Assembly: GCA_016208765.1 (NCBI GenBank)
Contig: JACQXK010000106.1
Span: 20,256 to 84,255, forward strand
Length of the DNA stretch: 64,000 nucleotides
Source of the DNA: Candidatus Omnitrophota bacterium
GTDB taxonomy: Bacteria > Omnitrophota > Gorgyraeia > Gygaellales > Profunditerraquicolaceae
Direction of reading: 5' to 3'
Part shown: one piece after another, positions 47,304 through 57,214 of the stretch
Numbering within the stretch: the stretch's first letter is position 1
Layout: each line of letters begins with the position of its first letter
Notes under the pieces: generated by a model
Seen by the model: only the letters and a program-made list of their open reading frames with translations
Told to the model about the DNA's origin: nothing
Database searches by the model: none
Position numbers and translations under genes: made by a program

Positions 47304-47669
47304 TTGGGTAAAGAAAGGAAATTGATGAAAAAGCAAAATAAAAAAGAAAAATTTAGCGTTAAATCATTAAAGTTTGATGAAAAAGGCTTGATCCCTGCGA
47401 TTATCCAGGATTACAGGAATAATGAGGTTTTAATGCTTGCCTATATGAATGCAGAATCTGTGCGCAGAACCATTAAATTAAAGAAAACATGTTTTTGGTC
47501 GCGTTCGCGTAAGGCCTATTGGATAAAAGGAGAAACTTCAGGGCATTTTCAGTTTGTAAAATCAATTGCTTATGATTGCGATATGGATGCTTTATTAATT
47601 AAAGTCCGTCAAGTAGGCGTCGCCTGCCATACGGGAAACAGGAGTTGTTTTTACCGAAAGATCAAATAA
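47304..47669 (+). CDS. hisI: Phosphoribosyl-AMP cyclohydrolase (monofunctional, no HisE domain)
   Basis: It has the GLIPAIIQD...LAYMN...WSRSR...GETSGH blocks and the CDxDA metal motif (CDMDAL). The protein is 121 aa. Confidence 0.8.
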   Translation: MGKERKLMKKQNKKEKFSVKSLKFDEKGLIPAIIQDYRNNEVLMLAYMNAESVRRTIKLKKTCFWSRSRKAYWIKGETSGHFQFVKSIAYDCDMDALLIKVRQVGVACHTGNRSCFYRKIK

Positions 47670-49159
47670 TGGATTCTCCGTCAATAAACGAATTTATTAA
47701 ACTTGTTCAAAAAGGGAATGTCATCCCGGTTTACCGGGAGATTAATGCAGATCTTGATACGCCGGTTTCAGCTTATTTAAAGATCAAGAAAGATAATTAT
47801 GCATTCTTGTTTGAATCGGTAGAAGGGCAGGAAAAGGTTGCAAGGTATTCATTCTTGGGCAGTAATCCTTCCCTGGTGTTTAAGAGTAAAGCTAAAAAAA
47901 TAGAAATTATTTATCCGCACAAAAATATTTCTGATCGTTTTACCACTACTCGTACCCCTTTAGATGAAATCAAAAAGATAATGCAGAATTTTCGGGTTGT
48001 GAGTGTTCCCGGACTTCCGCGTTTTTACGGTGGTTTGGTGGGGTATTTAGGTTACGACAATATACGTTTTTTTGAGAACATCTCCGATAATAACCCGGAT
48101 GATTTAAATTTGCCCGATGCATTCTTTATGCTGACAGATACAATTTTGATTTTTGACCATGTTAATCATACGATAAAAATAGTAAATAATGTTGTTTTGC
48201 CAAAGAACAAAGAAAAACTAAGCATTTTGCAAAAAAGAAAGATTTACAATCAGGCAATAAATAAAATTAACAATATTCATAATCAACTGAAAAATACCTG
48301 TTCTGTAGAACCAGGGGTACATTCTCCGATTAGGTCAGGAAAACTTGATTCAAATTTTCAGAAAAAAGATTTTACGAATATCGTAGAAAAGGCAAAAAAA
48401 TATATTAAAAAAGGGGATATTATCCAGGTTGTGCTTTCGCAGCGTTTTAAAATCAAGACAACTAAAGAGCCCTTTGAGATTTACCGCAGCCTGCGCAGCC
48501 TTAATCCTTCGCCGTATATGTTTTTTCTGAAATTTAAGGGCATAGAATTAATTGGCTCATCTCCGGAAATGTTGGTGCGTTGTGAAGAAGGAGTTGTGCA
48601 GACCTGTCCGATCGCTGGGACCCGTCCGCGCGGCAAAAACGAAGAAGAGGACAGGCAGCTTGAAAAAGAACTGCTTAATGATAGTAAAGAGCGGGCAGAA
48701 CATTTGATGCTTGTTGATTTGGGAAGAAATGACCTTGGAAGAGTTTGCTTAAAAGGCCAGGTTGAGGTTAGTGATTTTATGCGGGTTGAGCGTTACTCCC
48801 ATGTGATGCATCTTGTAAGTGAGGTAAGAGGAAAGCTTGACAGAAAGCATAATGATATCTATGATGTATTGCAGGCAGCATTTCCTGCCGGTACAGTTTC
48901 CGGAAGCCCGAAGATCAGGGCAATGGAAATTATTGACGAGTTGGAAAATATCCGTCGCGGCCCATATGCAGGGTGCGTGGGTTATTTTAGTTTTTCTCAT
49001 AACACGGATACCTGTATTACAATCAGGACTGTAGTTACAAAAAAAGGCTTTGCTTACATACAAGCAGGAGCAGGTATTGTTGCAGATTCAATACCGGAAA
49101 AAGAATACCAGGAAACAGTGAATAAAGCCAAAGCTATGATTGAAGCAATAAGGAAATAA
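47669..49159 (+). CDS. Chorismate-utilising enzyme, anthranilate synthase component I / aminodeoxychorismate synthase-like
   Basis: It has the chorismate-binding domain blocks LVDLGRNDLGRVC, PAGTVSGSPK and GAGIVADS. I chose the ATG at 47669, which forms a TAATG overlap with the hisI stop. Confidence 0.7.
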   Translation: MDSPSINEFIKLVQKGNVIPVYREINADLDTPVSAYLKIKKDNYAFLFESVEGQEKVARYSFLGSNPSLVFKSKAKKIEIIYPHKNISDRFTTTRTPLDEIKKIMQNFRVVSVPGLPRFYGGLVGYLGYDNIRFFENISDNNPDDLNLPDAFFMLTDTILIFDHVNHTIKIVNNVVLPKNKEKLSILQKRKIYNQAINKINNIHNQLKNTCSVEPGVHSPIRSGKLDSNFQKKDFTNIVEKAKKYIKKGDIIQVVLSQRFKIKTTKEPFEIYRSLRSLNPSPYMFFLKFKGIELIGSSPEMLVRCEEGVVQTCPIAGTRPRGKNEEEDRQLEKELLNDSKERAEHLMLVDLGRNDLGRVCLKGQVEVSDFMRVERYSHVMHLVSEVRGKLDRKHNDIYDVLQAAFPAGTVSGSPKIRAMEIIDELENIRRGPYAGCVGYFSFSHNTDTCITIRTVVTKKGFAYIQAGAGIVADSIPEKEYQETVNKAKAMIEAIRK

Positions 49160-49190
49160 TTTTTATTAAAACTGAAAGGAGAAACAAAAA

Positions 49191-49427
49191 ATGGCAGTGC
49201 ATGTTCGTTTAAGAAGAATTGGCAAGAATCCAAAAGGAAAACCGCATTTTAGAATTTCGGTTTTTGACGAGAGAAAAGGGCGCGACAGTAAGATCATTGA
49301 AGAATTAGGTTTTTATGATCCTCTGACTGGTGCTGCTTCTCTTAAAAAAGACAAGATTGCAACGTGGGTAAAAAATGGCGCCCAGCTTTCAGATACCGTT
49401 AAAAGCCTGTTAAAAAAATCAAAATAA
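49191..49427 (+). CDS. rpsP: 30S ribosomal protein S16
   Basis: The N-terminus is MAVHVRLRRIGKNPKGKPHFRI. The RBS is AAGGAG. Confidence 0.85.
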   Translation: MAVHVRLRRIGKNPKGKPHFRISVFDERKGRDSKIIEELGFYDPLTGAASLKKDKIATWVKNGAQLSDTVKSLLKKSK

Positions 49428-49461
49428 TACGCGGTTAACCTAAATAAAAGGAGTTGTTAAA

Positions 49462-49740
49462 ATGCCACAAGCACAAGCAGTAAATCCGATATTGAATTTA
49501 GTTCCTTTAGTTTTAATTTTTGTAATTTTTTATTTTATGCTCATTCGTCCGCAAAAAACAAAAGAAAAAGAGCACCAGAAAATGCTTGCCAGCCTTGACA
49601 AAAATGATGAAGTAGTTACTTCTGGCGGGATCCACGGAACAATAATTAATGTTAAAGAAAAGTCGGTTGTTTTAAGAATAGATGAAAATGTTAAAATGGA
49701 AGTTGAAAAGAATTGTATCGCAGTAGTAAAGAAATCTTAA
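49462..49740 (+). CDS. yajC: Preprotein translocase subunit YajC
   Basis: It has a single N-terminal TM helix followed by the RPQKTKEKEHQKMLASL...VVTSGGIHGTI block. Confidence 0.75.
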   Translation: MPQAQAVNPILNLVPLVLIFVIFYFMLIRPQKTKEKEHQKMLASLDKNDEVVTSGGIHGTIINVKEKSVVLRIDENVKMEVEKNCIAVVKKS

Positions 49741-49763
49741 CGACCTACAGGGAGTAGAATATC

Positions 49764-51968
49764 ATGGAGAAAAGAGTAATTTACAAATCGGTTTTTATTT
49801 TGGTTGTTCTATTAATCTGCGCTTATTTTGCTTTTCCTGTAGATAAGCGCATAAATCTTGGGCTTGATTTGCGCGGTGGTATGCATCTGTTGTTGAAAAT
49901 TGATACTTCTAATCTCCAGGGTCAGGCTAAAACCGATGCTACTGACAGGGCCTTAGAGGTGATCAGGAACAGGATAGACCAGTTTGGCGTCAGGGAAACT
50001 TCTATCGCAAAGCAAGGTGAAGATGAGATAGTTGTCCAGCTTCCCGGAGTAACTGACCGGCAAAGAGCTATTGATATTATAGGAAAGACCGCATTGTTGG
50101 AATTTAAGCTTGTTTCAAATGATGAGGAAAAACGAAAACAAGCGCTTGCCGGCACAATACCAGAAGGTTTTGAATTAAAATATACCGAGGATGATAGCGA
50201 ACCTGTTCTTTTAGAGAAGCAGGCAGTTTTAACCGGAGATTCCCTAACCGATGCTGCAGTGCATTTCAGCCAGACTGAATTTAACGAACCCGTGGTCGCC
50301 CTTAAATTTAATGCAGAAGGCGCGAAAAGATTTGCTGAAATTACGGCTGCTAATGTGGGGAAAAGGCTGGCAATAGTTTTAGATGGCAAGGTTCAGTCGG
50401 CCCCGCGTATCAAGGAATCAATCCCGTCCGGTGAGGCGGTAATAACGGGACGTTTTAGCGTTGAACAGGCGCAGGATCTTTCGGTTATTCTTCGCGTGGG
50501 CGCCTTACCCGCTCCTATGCATATTGAGGAAGAAAGAACTGTAGGCCCGCTATTAGGGCAGGATTCTATTAATAAAGGCCTAAAAGCAAGCCTTGTTGGG
50601 TGCGCTTTGGTTTTTATTTTTATGGCTCTTTATTATTTGTTAGCGGGCTTGATCAGCGACATTGCGCTATCGCTAAACTTATTGATGATTTTAGGAGGAT
50701 TGGGGATCCTTCCAATATTATTCCCCGGAGTTTCTGCTACATTGACCCTGCCGGGTATTGCTGGTATGGCACTGGCTTTAGGTATGGCAGTAGATGCCAA
50801 TGTTTTGATTAATGAGCGTATTAGAGAAGAATTAAAAACAGGCAAGCCTCTGCGTAGTGCGATTGAAAATGGATATAGCCGGGCATTTAGCGCTATTTTT
50901 GATTCCAACCTGACTACTTTAATAGCAGCATTCTTCCTTTTTCAATTTGGCACAGGGCCAATCCGCGGTTTTGCCGTTACTTTGACCATAGGTTTGATCT
51001 CAAGTATGTTTACTGCAATTGTCGTAACCCGCACTATATTTGAAATCCTGCTTGATCTGGGGATTTTAAAGAAATCTTTACCGATGTTACGTCTTATCGG
51101 GGAGACTAAATTTGACTTTATCAGTAAAAGAAGGTTTTTTTATATTGTTTCTGTGCTTGTTATTGTGATAGGGCTGGTAACGTATTTTAAAAAAGGGAAA
51201 GACGCTTATGGCATTGATTTTGCCGGCGGACAACTGCAGGAATATATATTTAAAGAGGCTCCTGATATTGATAAGGTGCGTAAGGTTTTAAAAGATATTA
51301 ACTTGTCTGATGCTTCAATACAACAATTTAAAGATAATCCGCGGGCAATATTGATCAAGACTACTGTTGACAATAGCCAGGTATTAACCGACAAGCTGAA
51401 CCAAGCATTTCCTGAACAAGATATCCAGATTTTGCGTATTGAGCGAGTAGGGCCGATTGCCGGAGCCCATCTAAAGAAGAAGGCAATACACGCTTTGATC
51501 TGGGCCTTGCTGGGGATATTGATCTATGTTGCTTTAAGATTTAAGCATTTTAACTTTGCTATTGCCGGCGTAATTGCGCTTTTGCATGACGTTGTGGTTA
51601 CTCTGGGTTTCTTGTCCATGACAAACAGGCAGATTGATTTACTGAGTATAACTGCCTTTTTGACCATCGCAGGGTATTCTATAAATGATACAATTGTAAT
51701 CTATGACAGAGTAAGGGAAAACGCCCGGATGCTTAGGAAATTGAGTTTGTATGAATTAATTAATTTAAGTGTCAATCAGATGCTGGGAAGAACGATATTA
51801 ACATCCGGCGTTACATTGTTGGTGGTTATTTCTATTTTATTTTTCGGAGGAGAAGTCCTGAGTAATTTCGCGTTTGCGTTATTTGTGGGTTTTATCTCAG
51901 GTGTTTATTCAACAATCTTTATTGCTTCCCCGTTGGTGCTTGCCTGGAGCCGCAAAGGCTCAAGATAA
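49764..51968 (+). CDS. secDF: Protein-export membrane protein SecDF (fused)
   Basis: It is 734 aa. The SecD periplasmic domain plus two 6-TM SSD-type modules are present. The gene follows yajC. Confidence 0.85.
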   Translation: MEKRVIYKSVFILVVLLICAYFAFPVDKRINLGLDLRGGMHLLLKIDTSNLQGQAKTDATDRALEVIRNRIDQFGVRETSIAKQGEDEIVVQLPGVTDRQRAIDIIGKTALLEFKLVSNDEEKRKQALAGTIPEGFELKYTEDDSEPVLLEKQAVLTGDSLTDAAVHFSQTEFNEPVVALKFNAEGAKRFAEITAANVGKRLAIVLDGKVQSAPRIKESIPSGEAVITGRFSVEQAQDLSVILRVGALPAPMHIEEERTVGPLLGQDSINKGLKASLVGCALVFIFMALYYLLAGLISDIALSLNLLMILGGLGILPILFPGVSATLTLPGIAGMALALGMAVDANVLINERIREELKTGKPLRSAIENGYSRAFSAIFDSNLTTLIAAFFLFQFGTGPIRGFAVTLTIGLISSMFTAIVVTRTIFEILLDLGILKKSLPMLRLIGETKFDFISKRRFFYIVSVLVIVIGLVTYFKKGKDAYGIDFAGGQLQEYIFKEAPDIDKVRKVLKDINLSDASIQQFKDNPRAILIKTTVDNSQVLTDKLNQAFPEQDIQILRIERVGPIAGAHLKKKAIHALIWALLGILIYVALRFKHFNFAIAGVIALLHDVVVTLGFLSMTNRQIDLLSITAFLTIAGYSINDTIVIYDRVRENARMLRKLSLYELINLSVNQMLGRTILTSGVTLLVVISILFFGGEVLSNFAFALFVGFISGVYSTIFIASPLVLAWSRKGSR

Positions 51969-52003
51969 ATTTGATATTTTTATGCGGTTTTGCTAAGGTA
52001 AAA

Positions 52004-52033
52004 CTGTAGGCAAGGTTTAAACCTCGCCTACAG
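52004..52033 (+). other. 12-bp-stem hairpin (one mismatch) with a TTTAAA loop between secDF and mfd; possible weak terminator or regulatory hairpin
   Basis: CTGTAGGCAAGG / CCTCGCCTACAG is an inverted repeat. No strong U-tract follows. Confidence 0.3.
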
Positions 52034-52056
52034 TTAAATCCGCAGTTAAATTTATT

Positions 52057-53964
52057 ATGTTTAAATCTGCAAAAGTTTTTCTCGGCTTAGAGATTGAGCT
52101 GGATCATTTCTTAGGAGAATTAGTCGGTTTCGGATATCATCGCCACGATAGGGTTGATTCTGAAGGTGACTTCTCTGTTCGTGGGGGGATCATTGATATT
52201 TTCCCCAATTCTTTTGAGTTGCCAGTCCGCATTGAATTAGACAATAATAAAGTTATTTCAATCAAAACTTTTGATACTCTTACCGGTAAACCGCTCTGGG
52301 ACCATAAAATGGTCATTATCCTTCCGATCAAAAAGACAACTTCCAAAACAGTTGTTTTTAGCGAAGAATTTCCCCTGTCTAATTTTGTTGATTTAAAATC
52401 CGGTGATTATGTTGTGCATAATCAGTACGGTATCGGCCGTTTCCTGGGTATGGAAAAGATCAGGATTAAAGATAAGCCGAAGGATCACCTGGTAATTGAG
52501 TATGATCAACAGGAAAAACTCTATGTTCCGGTTGATTCTATGCATCTTGTGCAGAAATATATTGCATTCCATACAAGGCGGCCGAAGTTGTATAAACTGG
52601 GCAGCAAAGAATGGCAAAGGACAAAAGACAGGACAAGAAAAGGCATACAAAAATTAGCCTGGGAGCTTTTGAGCCTGCAGGCAATGCGTATGAGCTCTCA
52701 GGGTTTTGCGTATTCTGTTGATCTGGATTGGCAGGGCCAATTTGAAGAAACTTTTCCATACAGGGAGACCCCTGACCAGGTTAAGGCTGCCTTAGAGGTA
52801 AAGAATGATATGCAGTCAAATAAGCCTATGGACAGGTTATTGTGCGGAGATGTAGGGTATGGCAAAACTGAAGTAGCTATGCGCGCAGCTTTTAAAGCGG
52901 TTATGGACAATAAACAGGTTGCATACCTTGTTCCAACTACTATCTTAGCCGAACAGCATTTCCAGAACTTCAGGATGCGCCTTAAGGATTTTCCGGTTAA
53001 TGTCCAGATGCTATGTCGTTTTCAAACTCAAGCGGAGCAAAAACGAATTATCAAGGCAGCTTCTCAAGGGGCAGTTGATATTTTAATCGGCACGCACCGT
53101 ATGCTTTCTGATGATGTTATATTTAAGGATCTGGGCCTTGTAATTATTGATGAAGAGCAGAGGTTCGGCGTAAAGGCAAAGGAGAAGCTAAAAAAATTCA
53201 GATTAACAATTGACGTGCTTACATTAACTGCAACCCCTATTCCGCGCACGCTGTATATGAGCCTGATGGGTGCGCGGGATTTATCCGTGATCAATACTCC
53301 TCCTCAAAATAGGTTGCCAATTAAGACCATTGTGGTAGAATATGATGAAGATTTGGTTAAACAAGCGATTATGCGGGAGCTCTCAAGAAAAGGGCAGGTT
53401 TTTTTCCTGCATAACCGGATAGAAGATATTGACAAGGTTAAAGATAAACTTGCGCGGATTTTACCTTCCAGTGTGAGAATTTCTGCTGCTCACGGCCAGA
53501 TGCACCCTAAAGAGCTTGAGAAGGTGATGTTTGAGTTTATGCAGGGTTCAATTGATTGCCTTGTTTGCACAATGATCATTGAATCAGGGATAGATATTCC
53601 TAACGTAAATACGATTATTGTGCATAATGCGCATATGTTCGGACTATCTGACCTGCATCAGTTACGTGGAAGGGTCGGGCGTTTTGACCGTCCGGCTTAC
53701 GCTTATTTTATGGTGCCTAAGAATTTTGTTTTGGAAAGTGATGCGCGCAGGCGCATGAACGCCATCAGCGAGTACTCGTTTCTTGGCGCAGGTTTTAATA
53801 TTGCAATGGAAGATTTGGAAATAAGAGGCGCTGGCAACCTCTTGGGCATGGAGCAACATGGATTTATTTCTGCAGTCGGGTTTGATCTGTATTGCCGGCT
53901 TTTAAGAGAGGCAATTGGTAACTTTAAGAAAGCAGGTGTTACGTTTAATGAGAATAATAATTAA
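52057..53964 (+). CDS. mfd: Transcription-repair coupling factor Mfd, minimal form (RNAP-interaction domain plus SF2 translocase; no N-terminal UvrB-like module or C-terminal D7)
   Basis: Helicase motifs I ([11 protein letters not shown]), II (DEEQRFG) and VI (QLRGRVGR) are present. The ATPase module is preceded by a Tudor-like RID block ([17 protein letters not shown]...LYVP). The protein is 635 aa, against about 1150 for canonical Mfd. Confidence 0.75.
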   Translation: MFKSAKVFLGLEIELDHFLGELVGFGYHRHDRVDSEGDFSVRGGIIDIFPNSFELPVRIELDNNKVISIKTFDTLTGKPLWDHKMVIILPIKKTTSKTVVFSEEFPLSNFVDLKSGDYVVHNQYGIGRFLGMEKIRIKDKPKDHLVIEYDQQEKLYVPVDSMHLVQKYIAFHTRRPKLYKLGSKEWQRTKDRTRKGIQKLAWELLSLQAMRMSSQGFAYSVDLDWQGQFEETFPYRETPDQVKAALEVKNDMQSNKPMDRLLCGDVGYGKTEVAMRAAFKAVMDNKQVAYLVPTTILAEQHFQNFRMRLKDFPVNVQMLCRFQTQAEQKRIIKAASQGAVDILIGTHRMLSDDVIFKDLGLVIIDEEQRFGVKAKEKLKKFRLTIDVLTLTATPIPRTLYMSLMGARDLSVINTPPQNRLPIKTIVVEYDEDLVKQAIMRELSRKGQVFFLHNRIEDIDKVKDKLARILPSSVRISAAHGQMHPKELEKVMFEFMQGSIDCLVCTMIIESGIDIPNVNTIIVHNAHMFGLSDLHQLRGRVGRFDRPAYAYFMVPKNFVLESDARRRMNAISEYSFLGAGFNIAMEDLEIRGAGNLLGMEQHGFISAVGFDLYCRLLREAIGNFKKAGVTFNENNN

Positions 53965-54880
53965 AAGGTGTTTGTTTATTTTGCTTGTAGCCCTTCCTAT
54001 ATATAGTGTTTTAACAGGGAATTCCTGTCTTTACGCCCAGGATAAAATCGTTGCCATAGTTAATGATGATTGTATAACCCAGAGAGAGCTGAATGATTTT
54101 AACAATTTTATGCGCCTGCAATTGTCTCAGCAATACCAAGGTGAAAAATTAGAAGAAAAACTTCAATCAATGAAGCTCGAGCTGTTAGATAAGCTGATTG
54201 AAGACCGTTTAATACTTCAAGAGGCAAAAAAAGATAAGATTAAAGCTGATGAATCAAGGATAAAAGGTAAGTTGAATGAAGTCAAGATGCGTTATCCTTC
54301 GGAAATGGAGTTCCAGAGAGATTTGGGCAAGCAGGGCCTTGTTCCTGCTGACTTGGAGTCGCGTATACGTGAGCAACTATTAATGTATCTGGAGTTAAAT
54401 GAAAAGGTCCGCAGCAAAATTATTGTTCGTCCTGAAGAAGTAACCAGTTTTTATGAAAAGCACAAGGCAGAGATTGCTTCTCCCGAAGAGAGAGAGATAG
54501 CTGTTATTGCGCTGGATAATAAAGATATGGCAGATGCAGTTTCATATAATTTAAGGATCGGGCAGAAAACAGAAGATTTGGCTACCCGCTACCCTATGAC
54601 CATAAATCAAATTAAGGCCATAAAGGGGCAAGATCTGAGGAAAGAAATTGAAGAAGTAGTTTTTAAGCTGGGAATTAATGAGGTTTCTTCTCCGGTTAAA
54701 ATGGATGACAAATTTTATGTTTTTAAACTGGATAATATTACTGCTGCCAAGCAGTTGTCTTTGGCTGATGCCCAGGACAGGATTAACCAGTCAATTTTTG
54801 AACAGAAGATGAATGAAAAGACTAAGAATTGGTTAGATGAGCTTAAAAAGAACTCCTATATTAAAATCTTCCAAGATTAA
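53948..54880 (+). CDS. SurA-like periplasmic chaperone / parvulin-type peptidyl-prolyl isomerase
   Basis: It has a signal peptide, a SurA_N-like helical domain and a C-terminal parvulin-like segment. I chose the second ATG at 53948. Confidence 0.5.
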   Translation: MRIIIKRCLFILLVALPIYSVLTGNSCLYAQDKIVAIVNDDCITQRELNDFNNFMRLQLSQQYQGEKLEEKLQSMKLELLDKLIEDRLILQEAKKDKIKADESRIKGKLNEVKMRYPSEMEFQRDLGKQGLVPADLESRIREQLLMYLELNEKVRSKIIVRPEEVTSFYEKHKAEIASPEEREIAVIALDNKDMADAVSYNLRIGQKTEDLATRYPMTINQIKAIKGQDLRKEIEEVVFKLGINEVSSPVKMDDKFYVFKLDNITAAKQLSLADAQDRINQSIFEQKMNEKTKNWLDELKKNSYIKIFQD

Positions 54881-55823
54881 GGTTGGTATCACCTTGGGGG
54901 ATCCTTCCGGGATTGGCCCTGCGATTACATTAAAGGCAATACAGCAAGTAAAGAATTTAGCTGAAATTATTGTAATTGGGGATAGCTTTGTTTTGCAAAA
55001 GGCCGCATCATTAAAATTCTACGCCCGCAATTTTAAATTAATTGATTTACAGAACGTAAAACAAAGAGAGTTCAGATTTGGGCAGATACGTGCGCAATAC
55101 GGCAGGGCGGCAATGGAGTATCTTGATCAGGCACTGGGCCTGTTAAAGAACAGAGAAATTGACTGTTTGGTAACCTGTCCTATTTCAAAACAGGCAATTA
55201 ACCTGGCTGGTTTTCCTTATTCCGGGCATACGGAATATTTAATGAAAATGTCAGCTTCTTTGCATGTTGTAATGATGCTTTTGAATGATAAATTAAGATT
55301 TAGCCTGTTAACAAGGCATATCCCTTTAAAGGACGTATCTCCTATATTAAATAAACAGGAAATAATCAGTAACATAGGAATAATTACCAATGGCCTAAAA
55401 ATTCTGTTTGGTATTAGGGCGCCGAAGCTTGTGGTTTGTGGTTTAAATCCGCATGCATCAGACGGGGGGATTATCGGGAAAGAAGAGGAATCACTAATTA
55501 AGCCTATTTTAAAGGGGTTAAGAAAGAAGCTCAAGGTTCTTATTGATGGCCCTATGTCTGCGGATGCGGCAATACAAAAAGCATATTATAATCAGTATGA
55601 TTGCGTAATAGCCATGTACCATGATCAAGCGCTTATTCCTTTAAAACTTACCAGCCCTCAGACAGGAGTTAACCTTACTCTTGGCCTGCCGTTTGTACGA
55701 ACTTCGCCATTACACGGGACTGCATTTGATATTGCCGGTGATTATAACCGGGCAAACCCAGATTCTTTAATTTCAGCAATCAAACTCGCCATAGAATGTA
55801 CAAAAAACCAAAGAAAAGATTAG
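54837..55823 (+). CDS. pdxA: 4-hydroxythreonine-4-phosphate dehydrogenase
   Basis: It has the GITLGDPSGIGP block and the metal-binding His regions (GHTEYL, AMYHDQ). A start at 54837 implies a 44-nt overlap with the upstream gene, so the start is uncertain. Confidence 0.8.
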   Translation: MSLKRTPILKSSKIKVGITLGDPSGIGPAITLKAIQQVKNLAEIIVIGDSFVLQKAASLKFYARNFKLIDLQNVKQREFRFGQIRAQYGRAAMEYLDQALGLLKNREIDCLVTCPISKQAINLAGFPYSGHTEYLMKMSASLHVVMMLLNDKLRFSLLTRHIPLKDVSPILNKQEIISNIGIITNGLKILFGIRAPKLVVCGLNPHASDGGIIGKEEESLIKPILKGLRKKLKVLIDGPMSADAAIQKAYYNQYDCVIAMYHDQALIPLKLTSPQTGVNLTLGLPFVRTSPLHGTAFDIAGDYNRANPDSLISAIKLAIECTKNQRKD

Positions 55824-56608
55824 GCCAAAATTTCCTTATTGATAAGAATGTATTGCAAAAGATTTGTAATGCCTGCAATATTGTCAGTTCAGATATTGTT
55901 GTTGAAATTGGTCCAGGAAGAGGAGAGCTGACAAGCCTTCTTGTTCAAATCCCTAAGAAGATTTATGCAATTGAGAAAGACTTGGACTTGATCCAAGGTT
56001 TAAAGGACAGGTTTGCTGAAAATAATAATTTAGAGATTATTAATCAGGATATCCTGAAAGTTGAGCTCAAGGATATTTACCAAACACATAAGAAGAAAAT
56101 AAAGTTAATCGGTAATATTCCTTATAATATCAGCAGCCCAATAATTGAATATCTGATTAATAACCGTGATTTTATAGATAATGCCTTTTTCACCGTGCAG
56201 AAAGAATTTGCGCAGAGGCTTACTGCTTCTTCAGGTTCAAAATTATATGGATCTTTGAGTTGTTTTGCGCAGTATTATTCAAATCCTAAAATAATCTTTG
56301 GGATAAGCCGCAATTGTTTTCGCCCGGTGCCAAAAGTAGATTCAAGTTTTATTCGCATTGATATAAAAAATGAATTACCTCTGGATAAAACTTCAGAAAA
56401 AAAGTTTTTTGAGATTACGCGCGCTTCTTTTAATCAGAGAAGAAAAACCTTAAGAAACAGCCTTTCTAAGTTTATTTCTCAGGATATCCTGGATGATTTT
56501 TTTAAGATTTCCGGATTAGACATCAACACGAGGCCTGAGAAAATGTTGATTAAGGATTTCCTGACTTTAACCAAATTGGTTATTTCAAAAAGATATCAAA
56601 AAAAATAA
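55796..56608 (+). CDS. rsmA: 16S rRNA (adenine1518/1519-N6)-dimethyltransferase
   Basis: The N-terminus is RLGQNFLID. SAM motif I is VVEIGPGRGELT. The NIPYNISS block is present. Confidence 0.85.
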   Translation: MYKKPKKRLGQNFLIDKNVLQKICNACNIVSSDIVVEIGPGRGELTSLLVQIPKKIYAIEKDLDLIQGLKDRFAENNNLEIINQDILKVELKDIYQTHKKKIKLIGNIPYNISSPIIEYLINNRDFIDNAFFTVQKEFAQRLTASSGSKLYGSLSCFAQYYSNPKIIFGISRNCFRPVPKVDSSFIRIDIKNELPLDKTSEKKFFEITRASFNQRRKTLRNSLSKFISQDILDDFFKISGLDINTRPEKMLIKDFLTLTKLVISKRYQKK

Positions 56609-56616
56609 AATAATCC

Positions 56617-56645
56617 TTGACATCCACTGCATCATAATATATACT
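56617..56645 (+). promoter_or_regulatory. Sigma70-like promoter about 150 nt upstream of tRNA-Thr
   Basis: A TTGACA -35 box, a 17-nt spacer and a TATACT -10 box. Confidence 0.4.
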
Positions 56646-56792
56646 TTTGTTTTACAATTTTCCCATTAATCTGATTTTCGGGTAAATCCATAATAATGTC
56701 AGAATTAGCAGCAAAGAATTTCGGGTGAAATTCTTGGGGGAGAGTTTTTGTTGTATGAAAAATAAATATATCCGATTGAGCGAAACAAATTC

Positions 56793-56865
56793 GCTGGAGT
56801 AGCTCAGTTGGTAGAGCACGTCCTTGGTAAGGACGGGGTCACGGGTTCAATTCCCGTCTCCAGCT
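56793..56865 (+). tRNA. tRNA-Thr (anticodon GGU)
   Basis: The cloverleaf was folded by hand. The acceptor stem is GCTGGAG/CTCCAGC. The anticodon loop is TTGGTAA. The T-loop is TTCAATT. CCA is not encoded. Confidence 0.85.
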
Positions 56866-56948
56866 TAAGTAATTGGTTAAGTTATGGTTTACGCGAAGAA
56901 ATTGCCTAAACCATTAATAAGCTGATACGAAGCACTGAGGTTTATAAG

Positions 56949-57098
56949 ATGCGTGAGACTATCACTTTAGAATGTACGGTTTGTAAGAACAGAAATTACA
57001 CGACGACTCGTAATAAAAAGAAACATCAGGACAGGTTGGAAATAAAGAAGTTTTGCAAGACCTGCCGTAAGCATACCCCGCATAAAGAAATTAAATAA
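56949..57098 (+). CDS. rpmG: 50S ribosomal protein L33
   Basis: The 49-aa product [49 protein letters not shown] has the CxxC...CxxC zinc ribbon. It is not in the ORF track because it is under 60 aa. The placement between tRNA-Thr and tRNA-Trp is the classic one. Confidence 0.8.
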   Translation: MRETITLECTVCKNRNYTTTRNKKKHQDRLEIKKFCKTCRKHTPHKEIK

Positions 57099-57101
57099 AA
57101 T

Positions 57102-57172
57102 AGGGGCGTCGGTTAATGGCAAACCAACGGTCTCCAAAACCGTGACTGCAGGTTCAAGTCCTGCCGCTCCTG
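57102..57172 (+). tRNA. tRNA-Trp (anticodon CCA)
   Basis: The cloverleaf was folded by hand. The anticodon loop is CTCCAAA. The T-stem and loop are GCAGG-TTCAAGT-CCTGC. There is one G-U pair in the acceptor stem. Confidence 0.85.
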
Positions 57173-57214
57173 TATAAATGGTTTTAAGACAGGGCGGTTG
57201 ACGGAGAATTAAGA

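Noticed and set aside
49922-50389. A 155-aa minus-strand ORF
   Set aside because: It is antisense to secDF and has no features.
56793-57172. tRNA-associated integration hotspot or genomic island
   Set aside because: No integrase, direct repeat of a tRNA 3' end or compositional shift follows either tRNA. The tRNA-Thr / rpmG / tRNA-Trp / secE / nusG order is the conserved core arrangement.
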